Source: a virus. From it: a stretch of DNA of 64,000 nucleotides. The stretch spans positions 1-64,000 of IMG/VR virus record IMGVR_UViG_3300033156_000150; one strand, 5' to 3'. Positions 36,038-44,478 of the stretch are shown here, piece after piece. Each line of letters begins with the position of its first letter. Position 1 is the stretch's first letter. The translations under genes and the position numbers were made by a program. The notes under the pieces are model-generated. The model was not told where the DNA came from, did not search any database, and was given only the letters and a program-made list of their open reading frames with translations.

Positions 36038-38220
36038 TGCCTAGGGTAGGCCGTGCTGCTAAAGGCAACCACATACAATCGGTCTTGTTTAATAAAGATT
36101 TCTGGACCAAGGCCGAGGCTGTGAAGTGGTTGAAAGACAACTCGACTGAGTCCCGCAAGTTCTATACGGATGGATTTGACAAGGGCGGCGGGCAGTATAT
36201 GCGCTTCCGACAGTACGACCCGGACCCCGATACGTTCCGCTATCGCAACAAAGTTGTGAAGGAGGAAGATGGTCAACCTTCGATTGTTTTTGTGCTAGGC
36301 TTCTCAAAAAAGCAAGCATCGGAAGCGACGGAGAAACTGCTCAAAGCAGTGCGGCGACGTGGGTCAGAAGGAGTGCGGTTCGGTTATGGTATCTTGACAG
36401 CCGATAAGTTTGTTGAGTCGATGGCGCAGATGGTTGGCATCGACGTTTGCTATCAGTACGGCTGTCGTGGTAACACCAGCTTCTACGACGTGATGCAGAA
36501 AGCCGCGCGGACCTTGTGTTACAGTGATGAGGGTATGGAAGTCGAAGCTGCGGAGCATCGCTTCAAGAAGTTGGTGCCTAAGGGAGTAAAGTTGCCGAAG
36601 AACACCCTCATGGTGTTTCGTCACAAGTTGACGACCTGTGACCTGGACCGCGATGGAGACATCATGCACCCCGAAGGGGCTTTGTTGGATCCAAGGATGT
36701 TGCTGTTGTGGCAGCATACTCACACGATGCCGATTGGGAAGTACCTATACACGGCAAGGCAGGATGAAAAGGAGCTCGTTGTCGTTAGCTGTATCGTGGA
36801 TATCAATGATTTGAGCCATGATGCGGCTGTGATGATTGACAACGACATGGGCAGATTTAGTCATGGGTTCCGGGCGTTGGAGTTTACTGAGCGAAAGAAC
36901 AAGGATGGGAAACCTGGCTTTGAGGTGACTTCATTTGAAATCATGGAGGAATCGTTGGTTTCCGTGCCGGCGAATCCCGATGCCGATACGGAAGAGATCC
37001 TTTTGGGTTTGGTGGACAAAGGCAAACTGACAAGTCCGATGTTGAAGGAATATAGCCGTGCGATTCGAGAACACAGACCGAAACAAGCGCCGGGCTGGTC
37101 TCCAACAGGAGACGGCACATCAGCCGAAGGTAGCAAAGGGACTGGAGACAGCAGAGGAGAAAAAGACAAAGAAGGAGAAGCGAAAGTTGCCGGTGGTAAA
37201 GTGAAGGACGAGATGGCTGCTGTTTCCACACGGCCATCCATCTACGGTATTGCTGGTAGTTTTGAGCAAGTGCGAGCGGACCTTTCGTCGGCGCTAAGGG
37301 ATTTCCTGGCGGATGCTGGGGTAATTAACAATCGCAATGATCGGGAGTGGGCTGCGGTTGCCGCCACGTTCCAGGACTATGTGATAGCGGAGGTTCACAG
37401 GGGGGACGGTGAGCAGGAGTTTTATAGGATATCTTGGAGGCAGGGGGAGCGAGGTGCTGAGCTAACTGGAGATCCCCAAAAGGTTGAAGTGACGGAAACC
37501 ATTGTGATTCGCGATGCGGAGGGTAAGATGTTGGGGACTATTCCGATGAAAGCGAAGAACGTGACCCTGTATTCGGCTGGGTATAGCCAGGCAAAGAGCC
37601 TCGTGAACAGAGGCAAGGTGACAAAGGCAACCAAGTGGGAGCCGGCGTCATCGGAGGCGGAAAACACCTACATTGAGGAACATGGTATGGAGGCGTTTGC
37701 TAAGTGGCACTTGGGCAAGCGTTCTGGGGTGGATGAGGACAACAAAGGCGCGTGGGCATATCCGTATAGCAATGATTTCAAGACAGTCAACTCGAAGGCT
37801 TTGGTGGCCATTAGGGTGCGTGCGGCGCAGCAGGGTGAGAGGGATGTTTTTGAGGCGGCCGGGAAGCTACTGGAAGCTATCAAGAAACGCGATGAAGGGA
37901 AGGACGTTGACGATTTGTTGGACGTCAAGGTTGGTCGTGTGTTGAACAGACAAAACGAAAGCCGTTTGCGTGACGCCATTAGCAACATTGACGAGGCGTC
38001 AAAGATTGAGGGACTGTCGAGACGCGATCGTGCGTTGTTGCGAGAAACGATGCGACTCTTGCAAGATGTTTTGTCTGAACTCGATAGTGATGGGAAGCAG
38101 GTAGATGATGAAGAAGTTTCCGTTGAGGAAGCGATTGCGGTTGTGTTGAACAAGACGACACCGATCCAGCGCGAGCGATTGATGAAGGCGTTGGAGGTGC
38201 TGGCGAAAACTCGAAAGTAA
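36037..38220 (+). CDS. HK97-family prohead protease with several accessory domains
   Basis: DRDGDI, LLWQH...PIGK, FSHGF, EESLVSVPANPDA. Confidence 0.9.
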   Translation: MPRVGRAAKGNHIQSVLFNKDFWTKAEAVKWLKDNSTESRKFYTDGFDKGGGQYMRFRQYDPDPDTFRYRNKVVKEEDGQPSIVFVLGFSKKQASEATEKLLKAVRRRGSEGVRFGYGILTADKFVESMAQMVGIDVCYQYGCRGNTSFYDVMQKAARTLCYSDEGMEVEAAEHRFKKLVPKGVKLPKNTLMVFRHKLTTCDLDRDGDIMHPEGALLDPRMLLLWQHTHTMPIGKYLYTARQDEKELVVVSCIVDINDLSHDAAVMIDNDMGRFSHGFRALEFTERKNKDGKPGFEVTSFEIMEESLVSVPANPDADTEEILLGLVDKGKLTSPMLKEYSRAIREHRPKQAPGWSPTGDGTSAEGSKGTGDSRGEKDKEGEAKVAGGKVKDEMAAVSTRPSIYGIAGSFEQVRADLSSALRDFLADAGVINNRNDREWAAVAATFQDYVIAEVHRGDGEQEFYRISWRQGERGAELTGDPQKVEVTETIVIRDAEGKMLGTIPMKAKNVTLYSAGYSQAKSLVNRGKVTKATKWEPASSEAENTYIEEHGMEAFAKWHLGKRSGVDEDNKGAWAYPYSNDFKTVNSKALVAIRVRAAQQGERDVFEAAGKLLEAIKKRDEGKDVDDLLDVKVGRVLNRQNESRLRDAISNIDEASKIEGLSRRDRALLRETMRLLQDVLSELDSDGKQVDDEEVSVEEAIAVVLNKTTPIQRERLMKALEVLAKTRK

Positions 38221-38232
38221 AGGGAGGTAACT

Positions 38233-39867
38233 ATGTTGACTGAAGCACTCAAACAGTGGTTGATCGAGAACTACAATCTTCTCGACACGGCGACAGATGA
38301 GGAAGCTGCGGAGGCTCTTGGTAGGGCTATCGCTGACGGCAGTTTGTCGGCGCGAAAGCTCGAGGAGCTTTCCAAATCAACTGATCCTGTTTTGGAGCAG
38401 TTTGATCAGCTGGTAACTCGCCTGGAGAAGCTCACGGAGGCTTTGACTGGCGATACGTCGAAGGACGACGACGGAAAGAAGGCTAAGGAGAGCGGTGCCG
38501 ATGGAAACGACAAGGAAGGAACCAAGAACGTGGAACCGGAAGGTCAGAAGGATAAAGGCAAAGCAAAGGATCTTGGTGATACCATTTCAAAGGTCGTTAC
38601 CCAGTCGGCTAGCAGTGGTGACGACAACAGTGATGGGCAAACGAACGCGAGAGTGAAGGCTGCGGTTGAAATGTACGATTCCAACCGCAAGAGCCTGACG
38701 TTCCCGACTCACACTAAGGATGGGCGACCTCATCCGAGGGCTGGTCAGCGTGCGGTTGTGTTTGGTCGTCCGTTGGATGAAGCCAGTGAACGGGATAAGG
38801 CAATCGCTGGGGCATGGGCAAAGTTCCTGTGCGCCACTGCTATGCGTGGTGGAAGTCGTACCTTTGGCTTCCAAGCCCTTCCAGAGCATGACCGCGATTT
38901 GATTATGTGGGCTCTGGAGAACGAGAAATGGGCTGGCGATAGCATGGGACGTGACGATGTTGCTGACATTGTCGATCGCAAGCTAACACCGCGCGAGCAG
39001 AAAGCGTTGATCGACGACGCTACCAGCGGGGGCATCGAGGCGGCTCCGATTGTGTTTGACGATCAGGTGATTCAGGCGCCGTTGCTTCACGGAGAACTCT
39101 ACCCGTTGGTGAACGAGGTGCCGCTGGATCGCGGTCGGCGGGTCGAAGGCGTGAGTGTCAGCACTGTGACTGGCTCGTGGGGAGGTGTTGACGATTCCGC
39201 GATTTCGTTGTTCAACACGGCGAGCTTTGTCAGTGCGTTCGACACTACGATCTTCCGTTGGGAAGGAGCTATCAAGATCGGTTTGGATTTCTTGTCTGAT
39301 ACGCCGATCGACTTTGCGAACCTGGTCACTCAGCAGTATGGAGAGCGTTTGCTGGAAGATCTGGACGATGTGATTGCAGCCGGCAACGGTACGACCCAAC
39401 CGGAAGGGGTTATTAACAAGTCGGGTGCTACCTCGGTATCCTTTGGGAACTCAGTGAGTATCGGTAGCTACGAATCGCTGCGGTTTGGTGTGTCGAAGGC
39501 AGAGCATACGGGAGCTGTTGCTCGCACCGCTGTATTCTGCGGCACCGAGACCAGTTACCAGCGAGCCCGCGCGTTGCCGGTCGGAACAAGTGATGCACGG
39601 CGCTTGTTCGGTATGGACTACGACAGTTACTCCCTGATGGGTCGGCCGTACAAGATCAACGAGGCACTGACCGATGCCCAGATCTTTTACGCGATTCTCG
39701 GCCGCTACCGGATGTATCGGCGTCGTGGTCTGACTATCCGAACAAGCACCGAAGGTGACACGTTGATCCGCAACAATGAGATGCTTGTTGTTGCGATGGC
39801 GCGGTATGGTGGTCAGTTGGAGCGCGGTGCTTGTGCCGCCGTTACGACCGACGCTGGTTCGGCGTGA
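38233..39867 (+). CDS. Major capsid protein (HK97 fold) with long N-terminal scaffold (delta) domain
   Basis: K|ALIDDATSGG, IAAGNGTTQPEGVIN, LMGRPYKIN, ARYGG. Confidence 0.92.
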   Translation: MLTEALKQWLIENYNLLDTATDEEAAEALGRAIADGSLSARKLEELSKSTDPVLEQFDQLVTRLEKLTEALTGDTSKDDDGKKAKESGADGNDKEGTKNVEPEGQKDKGKAKDLGDTISKVVTQSASSGDDNSDGQTNARVKAAVEMYDSNRKSLTFPTHTKDGRPHPRAGQRAVVFGRPLDEASERDKAIAGAWAKFLCATAMRGGSRTFGFQALPEHDRDLIMWALENEKWAGDSMGRDDVADIVDRKLTPREQKALIDDATSGGIEAAPIVFDDQVIQAPLLHGELYPLVNEVPLDRGRRVEGVSVSTVTGSWGGVDDSAISLFNTASFVSAFDTTIFRWEGAIKIGLDFLSDTPIDFANLVTQQYGERLLEDLDDVIAAGNGTTQPEGVINKSGATSVSFGNSVSIGSYESLRFGVSKAEHTGAVARTAVFCGTETSYQRARALPVGTSDARRLFGMDYDSYSLMGRPYKINEALTDAQIFYAILGRYRMYRRRGLTIRTSTEGDTLIRNNEMLVVAMARYGGQLERGACAAVTTDAGSA

Positions 39868-39879
39868 TGTGTTGTTATG

Positions 39880-39938
39880 CGACGGGGAGCTGGCGGGGCA
39901 ATTCGGCCTGGTCCTTCCCCCCGCCAGCGTCCCTGTCT
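39880..39938 (+). terminator. Long GC hairpin after the capsid gene (terminator or stabiliser)
   Basis: GACGGGGAGCTGGCGGGG...CCCCGCCAGCGTCCCTGTC; no T-run. Confidence 0.5.
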
Positions 39939-39965
39939 CCAATGTGAAGGACCAGGAGGATTTCA

Positions 39966-40553
39966 ATGAGTGCTACAGCAGAGGTGACAAAAGTTCGGCC
40001 GTTTACTATTGAAGCGGATCACCCGCGCAATTGCGACTTGCTAATTCAAAGCATTCCGGGTTGCAAGCTGCGTGGAGCGGTTAGTGCTTCAAAGCCTGCC
40101 TACACAAGGGAAGGCCAGCCGCCTATGATTCCGAGGGATCAAGCACGGCATCTTGGCGCGCTCCCTCCAATTCCTGGCATGCGACTGACGGTCAATCCGG
40201 AGGCTTGTACGTACATGATCACCGACCCGCTACACGACGACGAAGCGTTGTGTCGGCAAATCGAAGCCGGACTGAAACGGGAAGGGAGAGTCGTTGGCAA
40301 GGTTGAAGGAGTTCCGCCAAAGTCAGGGAAGTTGGACGTCCATCGAATGAAGACGTTGTGCCGTGAGCTTGCTCACTTGGTAAACATTGGCCACGCTCGT
40401 GTGGTGAAGGGTCAGTTGCCGACCAAGGAGCAGATTGATGGGATGCCTGGGAACTATTTGTTGAACCCGGGAAGTAGAGTTCCCAACACTCAACCGCGAT
40501 TTGAAAAGGACTTTGACGAGTGGGTGGCGAGACTGAATCAGCAAGGAGGTTAG
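39966..40553 (+). CDS. Hypothetical morphogenesis protein
   Basis: AGGAGG RBS; follows the capsid gene. Confidence 0.7.
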   Translation: MSATAEVTKVRPFTIEADHPRNCDLLIQSIPGCKLRGAVSASKPAYTREGQPPMIPRDQARHLGALPPIPGMRLTVNPEACTYMITDPLHDDEALCRQIEAGLKREGRVVGKVEGVPPKSGKLDVHRMKTLCRELAHLVNIGHARVVKGQLPTKEQIDGMPGNYLLNPGSRVPNTQPRFEKDFDEWVARLNQQGG

Positions 40554-40559
40554 TAACAA

Positions 40560-41042
40560 ATGCCGAAAGCAGGAGAGCCAGGTCCGATTGAGGGTCCCTC
40601 GTTTCCAGCCGCTAGGGCTCGGAGAGCCGAGGTGTTGCAGACTAGGAACTTCCGTTTGGAGTGGTTTGCAGATCAAGTCGTGGAGAAACTTTCCAACGAC
40701 TTGGCAGGACGTGTAGAGATAGCGACTAACGTCTTGAAGGATGCGGTAGTTCGCAACATCAGCGTTCCAGTAACAAAGGTCGTCTCGCCAAAGACTGGAC
40801 GAGTGCGTGTGATGGAGAGGAGCAAGCCCGGCGAGTTTCCGAGGGCCGATACGACAAGGTTAATGAAAAGCATCTTTGCGAAAACGGCAAGGGATGAACG
40901 AGGACCAGTAGGATATGTGGGAACCCCGTTGGACTATGGCTTGTACTTGGAGCTTAGGTTGGAGCGTCAGTTCTTGACTCGCACACTCAAGGAGCTAGCG
41001 CCGTTGTTGAAAAGGATGATTGCAGGGAGGAAGATCACATGA
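40560..41042 (+). CDS. HK97 gp10-like neck/tail-completion protein
   Basis: SKPGEFPRADTTRLMKSI...VGT...YGLYLE...R.FL. Confidence 0.8.
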   Translation: MPKAGEPGPIEGPSFPAARARRAEVLQTRNFRLEWFADQVVEKLSNDLAGRVEIATNVLKDAVVRNISVPVTKVVSPKTGRVRVMERSKPGEFPRADTTRLMKSIFAKTARDERGPVGYVGTPLDYGLYLELRLERQFLTRTLKELAPLLKRMIAGRKIT

Positions 41043-41530
41043 GTGTTAATGCAGCGGCTGTGTATAAAGGGATTGTCAATACATGGTCGGCTGCTGGTTT
41101 GGATTCAGTGTTCAATCAATACTGGGACGAATCGTTCCGTTCGAGCTTCCCTGTTTTGCACGATCAGAGTGCTGGCCCTAGGCAACCATGGCCTTATTGT
41201 GTTATGGATGCGTTCGGAGTAAGCTCAATTGGAGTCATGTCTGGAGGCCCGGATTCGGTGAACCAGGAGTACAGTGTGTCGCTGACGTTTCACATATTTG
41301 CAAAGAGGACCAATGGGAAGAGTGCCAAGGAGCTAGCAGCGGAACTTGCGGAGGAGGTGCAAAAGGTGTTTGGTGGACATCCATCGGTTTCTCCTAGAAA
41401 TATCGTGCTTGACAATGGGGAGGTGTTTCTGTGTCGGTTCGAGCGTGATTATGGAGAAGCCATTGGGGATGATGAATATACATGGATTGTGGAGTATGAT
41501 TGTCGGATTGACATGCCTGTTAAGGTGTAG
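41039..41530 (+). CDS. Tail terminator (gp17/DUF3168-like)
   Basis: PWPYCV, FHIFA pattern; position before the tail tube gene. Confidence 0.7.
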   Translation: MSVNAAAVYKGIVNTWSAAGLDSVFNQYWDESFRSSFPVLHDQSAGPRQPWPYCVMDAFGVSSIGVMSGGPDSVNQEYSVSLTFHIFAKRTNGKSAKELAAELAEEVQKVFGGHPSVSPRNIVLDNGEVFLCRFERDYGEAIGDDEYTWIVEYDCRIDMPVKV

Positions 41531-41532
41531 TT

Positions 41533-42351
41533 ATGAGCACACGGTCACTTGCTAATATCAAGGTACAGGTCAAGTTGACGGGCACCTTGGTCAACACGTT
41601 GAACGATGGCAGCCAAACCTCGGTTGACCATCCTGACTTGAACTACTCGCCGAGTCTAGAGAACGGTGTTGGAGCACTACAAGCCGACCGTGGTTGGATG
41701 GTGGAGAACCGCACCCTCTCCTCTGGTTCATCTGAGACGATTGACCTCTACACCCTCGATGGTATCGACATTGGTTTGGGTGCCGGTAAGGATGCCGTGG
41801 GCCAAGAGGTGGAGCCGTACAAGGAGATTGTTAGCATCGCCATCGTGAACGAGAATTCGCTGGGCAGTGCCGGGCAACTGGAGATTGAGCCTGGTGACAC
41901 CGATGGATGGGAACCTATTGGGAAACATACGGTGGATTGGGGCGGGGCACTCAAGGGACAAGGAATCCTGTTCAAGTTGCAAACAGCAGCCAATGGCTTC
42001 GCTGTAACGCCAACATCGCGGAACGTAAAGTTGACGGCCAACGGAGGGGATGTTACCTACTCGCTCTACTTGCTCGCCCGGAGTGATGAGGAGGAGTCGA
42101 GCAGTAGCAGCAGTCTCAGTAGCTCGAGCAGCAGTTCGTGTAGCTCGACTAGCTCAAGTGAATCGGCTGCATACTCTAGCAGTTGCAGCTCCACTAGTAG
42201 CCAGAGCACGTCATGTAGTAGTAGCCTAGGCGAGAGCAGCTCGAGTACAAGTCTCTCAAGCAGTTGCGAGTCGTCTAGTAACACAAGCAGTTGTTCGAGC
42301 ACATCGTTCTCGAGTGTGAGTAGTACAAGTAGCAGTCAGTCGTGGAGTTAA
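41533..42351 (+). CDS. Virion protein with 84-aa Ser/Thr/Cys tail (paralog A)
   Basis: Shares HP.LNYS...GAGKD.VG...EPY.EIV.IAIV...GW.PIG.HT...GGAL...LFK.Q...VTYS.YLLAR with the next gene; tail at 42097-42348. Confidence 0.85.
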   Translation: MSTRSLANIKVQVKLTGTLVNTLNDGSQTSVDHPDLNYSPSLENGVGALQADRGWMVENRTLSSGSSETIDLYTLDGIDIGLGAGKDAVGQEVEPYKEIVSIAIVNENSLGSAGQLEIEPGDTDGWEPIGKHTVDWGGALKGQGILFKLQTAANGFAVTPTSRNVKLTANGGDVTYSLYLLARSDEEESSSSSSLSSSSSSSCSSTSSSESAAYSSSCSSTSSQSTSCSSSLGESSSSTSLSSSCESSSNTSSCSSTSFSSVSSTSSSQSWS

Positions 42352-42354
42352 ACA

Positions 42355-43065
42355 ATGGCGCGGTCGATGTCGAGTGCTAGAGCGATTATCAGGATGAGTG
42401 CGTCACTGCGCAATCTGCTTGGTGATGGCAAATATGCGACTGCATCTCATCCGAACCTAAATTATAGTTACTCGTTCGAAGATGGAGTTGAGGGTGGGCA
42501 GTGTAGTCGAGCGTGGCAGTACACGGGCAGGACGCTGACTAAGCAGCCGATCGACATAGAAGGCATCACTTATGATGTGCTGGACTTGTACTCACTCAAA
42601 CAAGATATTGGGGCTGGTGCTGGTAAAGACGGCGTTGGGGCTGACACTGAACCATACTGGGAGATCGTTGCTATTGCAATTGTGTGTGACTCGGTAACTG
42701 GCAATGGTGTTTTGGAGATCATGCCTGATGGGACAAATGGTTGGTCGCCCATTGGGTTACACACTTCGGCCCGCGGTGGCGCTTTGCGTGAAGGTGGTTG
42801 TCTGTTCAAGTGTCAGCCAGATGCAGATGCCTTTGGAATCACAGCGGACCGGCGGCGAATTAAGTTGAGAATTGAGGGCGATACTGGCAATACGGTTACA
42901 TACTCGGTGTATCTGCTTGCTCGACATGATGTTGAAGCGTCGAGCAGTTGCAGCTCGACAAGCACGAGTTCTAGTAGCAGTACCAGCCTCAGTTGTTCGA
43001 GCACGAGCAGTAGCACGAGTCTCAGTTGTTCAAGCACTAGTACCAGCTCGAGCCAAAGTGCCTGA
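42355..43065 (+). CDS. Virion protein with 41-aa Ser/Thr/Cys tail (paralog B)
   Basis: Paralog of 41533-42351; tail at 42940-43062. Confidence 0.85.
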   Translation: MARSMSSARAIIRMSASLRNLLGDGKYATASHPNLNYSYSFEDGVEGGQCSRAWQYTGRTLTKQPIDIEGITYDVLDLYSLKQDIGAGAGKDGVGADTEPYWEIVAIAIVCDSVTGNGVLEIMPDGTNGWSPIGLHTSARGGALREGGCLFKCQPDADAFGITADRRRIKLRIEGDTGNTVTYSVYLLARHDVEASSSCSSTSTSSSSSTSLSCSSTSSSTSLSCSSTSTSSSQSA

Positions 43066-43082
43066 CATGAAGGAGGTGACTT

Positions 43083-43514
43083 ATGACAGCAGCAAATACA
43101 CTCGCAGGAACCAATGGCAAGTTGGTTGTTGACAACCAGCTTGTTGCTCGCGTAACACAGTGGCAGGTGAGCCCCCGACTGGCACAAACCAGTGAGTGGG
43201 GAGACAGTGATTCAGCCGGTTATACGAATAGACTGGCTGGGCGGAAGGATGCAACTTTCACGTGCGAGGGAAAGTTCGATAGCAGTGATGAGCAGTATGA
43301 TCTGTTTCAGCCAGGAGATCAAGTTTCGGCGGTTTTGTGGATGGACGATTCATCGTTGTATTGGGACTTTCCTAGAGCCGTGTGTACTGAATTCAATTTG
43401 ACCGTGAACATCGACACTGGAGAGGTAATTGGGTGGACTGCGACGTTTGGTGCAGATGGCCCATTCTATTATCCTGGCCAGGCTGGTGCAGGTAACAGAT
43501 CGCTACCCTCATAA
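43083..43514 (+). CDS. Tail tube protein
   Basis: Size and pattern (GK..V...VA.VT.W...D.DS.G...G.KDA..T.EG) and position before the chaperones and TMP. Confidence 0.8.
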   Translation: MTAANTLAGTNGKLVVDNQLVARVTQWQVSPRLAQTSEWGDSDSAGYTNRLAGRKDATFTCEGKFDSSDEQYDLFQPGDQVSAVLWMDDSSLYWDFPRAVCTEFNLTVNIDTGEVIGWTATFGADGPFYYPGQAGAGNRSLPS

Positions 43515-43546
43515 GACCTGTGTATTTCAAGAAAGGAAGGACCGCT

Positions 43547-44170
43547 ATGGGTAAACGCGAGCAAAGAGCTATGGCGGCGGCCGAAACAATTGAGGTCAAC
43601 GGTCGCACGTACAAGCTACGTCCTGTCGTTGTTCAGCACCTGTGTGACTTGGAGAGGGAAGCGCTAGCTGACTTCAAGCGATCGTACCTAGAGACTTTCA
43701 GTCGCAACGCCGATTTGTTGGGCAAAAACGCGGCTGAGGTATTGGAACGCCAGATGGAAAAAGTCGCTTCATGGGAGCTTGACGATCTCCCCAAACGCAC
43801 GGTGTATGACGTCTCGAGTATTCCTGTGACAGATGGCCTCAAGGAGCTACTGAGGAAGGCCGTTGGTGACGTACCTGACACAGACGCTGCCGTGCGAGCT
43901 GTGCTAGTGACGTTGTTGGACAATGATACGATCAAACCGGAGGAAGTGAAGGAAGCCACGGGAAAGTACCCGCGCAAGGGTTTGGTACGTTACGATCAGT
44001 GGTGGGTAACAGCAAGCCTCAAGGGAATGTTGTCGTTCATCTACTCATCCATCCGACATGAGCACCCTGAAGTCAAGTTGGAAGACATTGCAGGATGGTC
44101 TTTTGCAAAGGTAGCAGAAGCAGCTCGCAAAGTGGAGAAGATCACGTCGCCTGATGTGGGAAATGGGTAA
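43547..44170 (+). CDS. Tail assembly chaperone (gpG-like)
   Basis: IEVNGRTYKLRP; ends at a slippery heptamer. Confidence 0.8.
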   Translation: MGKREQRAMAAAETIEVNGRTYKLRPVVVQHLCDLEREALADFKRSYLETFSRNADLLGKNAAEVLERQMEKVASWELDDLPKRTVYDVSSIPVTDGLKELLRKAVGDVPDTDAAVRAVLVTLLDNDTIKPEEVKEATGKYPRKGLVRYDQWWVTASLKGMLSFIYSSIRHEHPEVKLEDIAGWSFAKVAEAARKVEKITSPDVGNG

Positions 44171-44209
44171 CGGCCGCCTTCTCTCGCAGTGATGCAGAGG
44201 AAGGCGGCC
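44158..44209 (+). other. Programmed -1 ribosomal frameshift site (G GGA AAT) with downstream hairpin
   Basis: The -1 frame is open from 44158 to 44478. GGCCGCCTTC/GAAGGCGGCC stem lies at 44172-44209. Confidence 0.85.
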
Positions 44210-44478
44210 CAATCGATTGTGGCGGCTTGCTGAAAGGCATATCAGCATATCACCTCCGCGTGTTGTGTGAAAATCCATGGAACGGTGGGATGGGTTACAC
44301 GCCAGAGCAAGTTGGTCGCATGACGTTGGATCAAGTGTTGTTTTGCCTCTGTGACAGGGATGTGTTGAAGGGCGTCAAGACGATACACCCACTCGAAGCT
44401 GCTTCTACTGGGAAGATTTTCGGTGAGTCAAAAGCCGAGAGGCTTGCCAAGCGTACTAGATGTAAGGAGAGGAAGTAG
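44158..44478 (+). CDS. Tail assembly chaperone gpT-like extension (expressed via -1 frameshift)
   Basis: GYTPEQVGRMTLDQV motif; no RBS of its own. Confidence 0.78.
   Translation, partial: GKWVTAAFSRSDAEEGGPIDCGGLLKGISAYHLRVLCENPWNGGMGYTPEQVGRMTLDQVLFCLCDRDVLKGVKTIHPLEAASTGKIFGESKAERLAKRTRCKERK

Noticed and set aside
42066-43187. Minus-strand poly-Leu/Glu ORFs (also 20451-20681)
   Set aside because: They are antisense shadows of the AGC/AGT/TCG Ser tails.
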